Position numbers and translations under genes: made by a program. From positions 1 to 49,599 of the forward strand of contig JBBSFF010000001.1 in assembly GCA_038238995.1 (NCBI GenBank): a stretch of DNA of 49,599 nt. Direction: 5' to 3'. Of the stretch, positions 46,307 to 49,599 are shown one piece after another. Source of the DNA: Sphingomonadales bacterium (GTDB taxonomy: Bacteria > Pseudomonadota > Alphaproteobacteria > Sphingomonadales > Sphingomonadaceae). The first letter of the stretch is position 1; every line of letters begins with the position of its first letter. The notes beneath the pieces were generated by a model. It did no database searches, was not told where the DNA came from, and worked only from the letters and a program-made list of their open reading frames with translations.

Positions 46307-46425
46307 GAATAGCGCGATCCGCGCGACTCGTCGAGTCCGAAACCTAGCCCGCCGCGCTTGAAAAGGCGACTGTCTTACGACAGCATGACGCCTGCGCCCG
46401 GGACGGGGGCCGAGCGGAGGGACCG

Positions 46426-47646
46426 ATGACCGGCGAGATCGAGGCGATGGGCGCGTTCACGACCGCCGGGCTCGCCGCGTCGACGCTCGATGGACCGCCG
46501 GACCGCCGCGCCCACCCCGCGCGGCGCGGGTCGGCCGCGCGTCCGGTCGGCGGCACGCTCGAGCGCGATCCGCGCGACCTTGGCCACGGTGCCTGCGCCA
46601 ATTGCGGCACGACGCTCACCGGCAACTTCTGCCACGCCTGCGGGCAGTCGGCGCATGTCCACCGCAGCGTCGGCCATATCTTCGAGGAGTTCCTTCACGG
46701 CATCTGGCACTTCGACAGCAAGGCGTGGGCGACGCTGCCGCGGCTGGTGTTCCGTCCGGGCACGCTGACCCGCGACTATGTCTACGGCAAGCGCGCGGGG
46801 TTCATCGCCCCGCTCGCGATGTTCCTGTTCTCGGTCTTCCTGATGTTCTTCGTCTTCGGCATGATCGGCGGACCCGATATCAACCGCGGGTTCAAGTCGG
46901 TCGGGGGCGCATCGGTCGCGGACGCGCGCAGTGAGGTCGCCGACGCCAAGGCCGAAGTCGTCACGGCGCAGCAGGAAATTGCCGCCGCCGCCGACGCCAA
47001 GCCCGGCGACGCCGGGGTGCGGGCCGGAAAACTCGCGGCGACGCAGGTGGCTCTGGCGACGGCGGAAGCGGCGCTCGACCGGGCGAAGGCCGCGCCGACG
47101 GTCGCAGGTACGCCAACGACTTGGCAGGCAGAGGTCGCGAACGCAGCACGATCGGGCAAGCTCAAGGTCAACGTCGGCTCGTCCGAAATGAACGCGAACA
47201 TCCGGCGGGCGCTCCAGAGCCCCGATTTCGCGCTCTATCGGATCGAGCAGAAGGCGTACAAGCTCAGCTTCCTGCTCGTGCCGCTGTCGCTGCCGGTGCT
47301 GTGGCTGATGTTCGTCTTCCGCCGCGACGTCCACACCTACGATCACGTCGTCTTCGCGCTCTATTCGTTGTCGTTCATGTCGCTGCTGTTCATCGTCATC
47401 GCGCTGCTCGCGAAGTTCGATCCGACCGCGGGTGGGCACGTACGCGGCAACGATACCAACTTCTCGGGCGGGATCGGCGGCGCGCTGATCCTTGCCATCC
47501 CGGTCCACATGTTCGCGCAGCTCAGGGGGGCGTACCGGCTCGGCTGGTTCGGGGCATTCTGGCGGACGATCGTGCTGACGATCGCATCGCTGATCACGCT
47601 CGCGATGTTTGCTGCGCTGATCGTGGTCGTCGGGTTGGCGGACTGA
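46426..47646 (+). CDS. DUF3667 domain membrane protein
   Basis: CANCG......FCHACGQ zinc ribbon, L..RPG.LT..Y..GKR.....P, multiple TMs. Confidence 0.85.
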   Translation: MTGEIEAMGAFTTAGLAASTLDGPPDRRAHPARRGSAARPVGGTLERDPRDLGHGACANCGTTLTGNFCHACGQSAHVHRSVGHIFEEFLHGIWHFDSKAWATLPRLVFRPGTLTRDYVYGKRAGFIAPLAMFLFSVFLMFFVFGMIGGPDINRGFKSVGGASVADARSEVADAKAEVVTAQQEIAAAADAKPGDAGVRAGKLAATQVALATAEAALDRAKAAPTVAGTPTTWQAEVANAARSGKLKVNVGSSEMNANIRRALQSPDFALYRIEQKAYKLSFLLVPLSLPVLWLMFVFRRDVHTYDHVVFALYSLSFMSLLFIVIALLAKFDPTAGGHVRGNDTNFSGGIGGALILAIPVHMFAQLRGAYRLGWFGAFWRTIVLTIASLITLAMFAALIVVVGLAD

Positions 47647-47654
47647 TAATCACA

Positions 47655-47734
47655 GCCGTCATCCCCGCGAAGGCGGGGACCCATAATTCCGAACGATTGT
47701 GGCTATGGGTCCCCGCCTGCGCGGGGATGACGGC
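47655..47734. repeat. REP doublet (REPIN-like inverted pair) between convergent genes
   Basis: GCCGTCATCCCCGCGAAGGCGGGGACCCATA...TATGGGTCCCCGCCTGCGCGGGGATGACGGC. Confidence 0.88.
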
Positions 47735-47741
47735 CATTCGA

Positions 47742-49599
47742 TTATACGAGTGCCCGCGCGATCCAGTATGTCGCCCCCGCGCCGACGTAGGCCATCGCGA
47801 ACAGGTAGGCGAACATGAACCCCGGCCATTTCCATCCCCCCGTCTCGCGCCGGGTCACCGCGAGTGTCGACAGGCATTGCGGCGCGAAGACGTACCACGC
47901 GAGGAAGGCGAGCGCGGTCGGCAGGCTCCACGCGGTGCGCAGCCGCGCGACGAGGCCCTGCGGATGCTCGGGGTCGGCGTCGAGCGAGTAGACCGTGCCG
48001 AGCGCGCTGATCGCCACCTCCCGCGCCGCCATGCCGGGGACGAGCGACAGCGCGATCTCCTTGTTGAAGCCGATCGGCGCGAACAGCGGTTCGAGCGTCG
48101 CGCCGATGTGCCCGGCGACCGAATAGTCGATCGCGGGCTGGGTCGCTCCCGGTGGCGGCTTCGGCCACGTCGCCATCGCCCACAAGGCGACGGTCGAAAC
48201 GAGGATGATGCCGCCCGCGCGCGCGAGAAACGCCCACGCCTTCTGGTACAGGCCGATGCCGATGTCGCGCGGCGCGGGCCACTGGTATTTCGGCATCTCC
48301 ATCAGGAAGGTCGGGGTCGGGCCCTTCGTCACCGTCCGCCGCAGCACCCACGCCGCGCCGAGCGCGCCCGCGACGCCGAAGCCGTACAGCGCGAACATCA
48401 CCAGCCCCTGGAGCCCTAGGACGCCAGCGACCTGCCGGTCGGGGATGAACGCGGCGATGATCACCGCGTACACCGGCAGCCGCGCCGAACACGTCATCAG
48501 CGGCGCGATGAGGATCGTCGTCAGCCGGTCGCGCGGCTCGGCGATCGTCCGCGTCGCCATGATCCCCGGGATCGCGCAGGCGAAGCTCGAGATCAGCGGG
48601 ATGAAGGCGCGGCCGTTGAGCCCGACGCGCGCCATCAGCCGGTCCATCAGGAACGCCGCGCGGGTCATGTAGCCCGACTGTTCGAGGCAAAGGATGAAGA
48701 AGAACAAGATCAGGATCTGCGGCAGGAACACCACGACCGAGCCGACGCCGTGGAGAATTCCGTCGACGAGGAGCGACCGAAGATTGCCAGCGGGAAGCGC
48801 GGCGGTGACCGCATGCTGGAGCCGATCGACGACCGCCGACAGCAGGTTCATCGGCGCCTGCGCCCACGCGAACACCGCCTGGAACATGAAGAACAGCAGC
48901 GCCGCGAGGATGATCGGGCCGAACACCGGGTGAAGCGTGACCGTGTCGAGCCGCTGCGACCAGCGCCGCGCCGACCCGCGCTGGGTCGTCACCGCGGCGG
49001 CGATCGCGCGCGCCTCGCGCTGAAGCAGGAGCAGGTCGCCCGGCGACTCGGCGAGACGGGCAGCAACGCCGTCGAGCAGCGGGCCGAGCGCGGCGGCGAT
49101 CTCGGCAAGCCCGCGTCTCCGCACCGCGACCGTCGCCACGACCGGCCGCCCGAGGATCGTCCTCAACTGCGCAACGTCGATCACCGTCCCGTCGCGCTCG
49201 GCGAGGTCGGCCATGTTGAGCGCGACGACCATCGGCAAGCCGAGCCGCCGCAGTTCGAGGACGAAGCGCAGGTGATTGCGCAGGTTGGTCGCGTCGACCA
49301 CCGCGAGGATCGCGTCGGGACGCGCCTCGCCCGCCTGCTCGCCGAGAACGACCGCGCGCGTCACCGCCTCGTCGGGCGAGCGCGGGGTCAGGCTGTAGGT
49401 CCCGGGCAGGTCGATCAGGTCGACGCCGCGCCCGTCGGAGAGGACGAGCTTGCCGGTCTTGCGCTCGACGGTGACCCCCGGATAGTTGCCGACCTTCTGA
49501 CGCGAGCCCGTCAGTGCGTTGAACAGGCTGGTCTTGCCCGCGTTCGGATTGCCGACGAGCGCGACGACCGGCGCGGTGCGGACCGCGGTTGCGGGGGCG
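47742..49599 (-). CDS. feoB: Ferrous iron transporter B, 5' end outside the window
   Basis: Frame open to the edge with GNPNAGKT, GNYPGVTVE, DLPGTYS, NMAD; gate motifs FACAIP, TCSARLP, PQC. Confidence 0.96.
   Translation of the reverse strand, partial: APATAVRTAPVVALVGNPNAGKTSLFNALTGSRQKVGNYPGVTVERKTGKLVLSDGRGVDLIDLPGTYSLTPRSPDEAVTRAVVLGEQAGEARPDAILAVVDATNLRNHLRFVLELRRLGLPMVVALNMADLAERDGTVIDVAQLRTILGRPVVATVAVRRRGLAEIAAALGPLLDGVAARLAESPGDLLLLQREARAIAAAVTTQRGSARRWSQRLDTVTLHPVFGPIILAALLFFMFQAVFAWAQAPMNLLSAVVDRLQHAVTAALPAGNLRSLLVDGILHGVGSVVVFLPQILILFFFILCLEQSGYMTRAAFLMDRLMARVGLNGRAFIPLISSFACAIPGIMATRTIAEPRDRLTTILIAPLMTCSARLPVYAVIIAAFIPDRQVAGVLGLQGLVMFALYGFGVAGALGAAWVLRRTVTKGPTPTFLMEMPKYQWPAPRDIGIGLYQKAWAFLARAGGIILVSTVALWAMATWPKPPPGATQPAIDYSVAGHIGATLEPLFAPIGFNKEIALSLVPGMAAREVAISALGTVYSLDADPEHPQGLVARLRTAWSLPTALAFLAWYVFAPQCLSTLAVTRRETGGWKWPGFMFAYLFAMAYVGAGATYWIARALV

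Overview
GC-rich alphaproteobacterial chromosomal window, most likely Sphingomonadales (inferred from a PEPxxWA-CTERM protein, GTCATCCCCGCG-type REP doublets, a GTTC-N7-GTTC SOS box and a G-1:C73 tRNA-His). The left part (1-19.5 kb) is mostly core or metabolic: rplT-rpmI, AsmA, YqgE, peroxiredoxin, a diguanylate cyclase, an orphan Wzz-like gene coupled to an orphan Mo-hydroxylase large subunit, leucine dehydrogenase, a sigma54-driven PEP-CTERM gene with a desaturase, tRNA-His, a transhydrogenase operon interrupted by a two-gene insert, an ABC1 kinase and folP. Between folP and ssb lies about 26 kb of envelope/accessory genes in three modules. (1) A Ser/Thr/Asn-rich trimeric autotransporter adhesin is followed by two cytoplasmic DUF2827-like (putative GT-B) proteins and an exported 4-Cys protein; this is the best candidate for an undescribed dedicated adhesin-glycosylation system. 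(2) An ECF16 (SigF)-NrsF pair sits with DUF4331, a lipoprotein, DUF4198 and HupE/UreJ, a candidate periplasmic Cu/Ni-handling module. (3) A complete but rearranged type II secretion cluster embeds an LppC/LpoA-like twin-Arg lipoprotein. The window ends with ssb, a DUF3667 protein, a REP doublet and a 5'-truncated feoB. Family assignments are from motif recognition by eye; no database searches were run.
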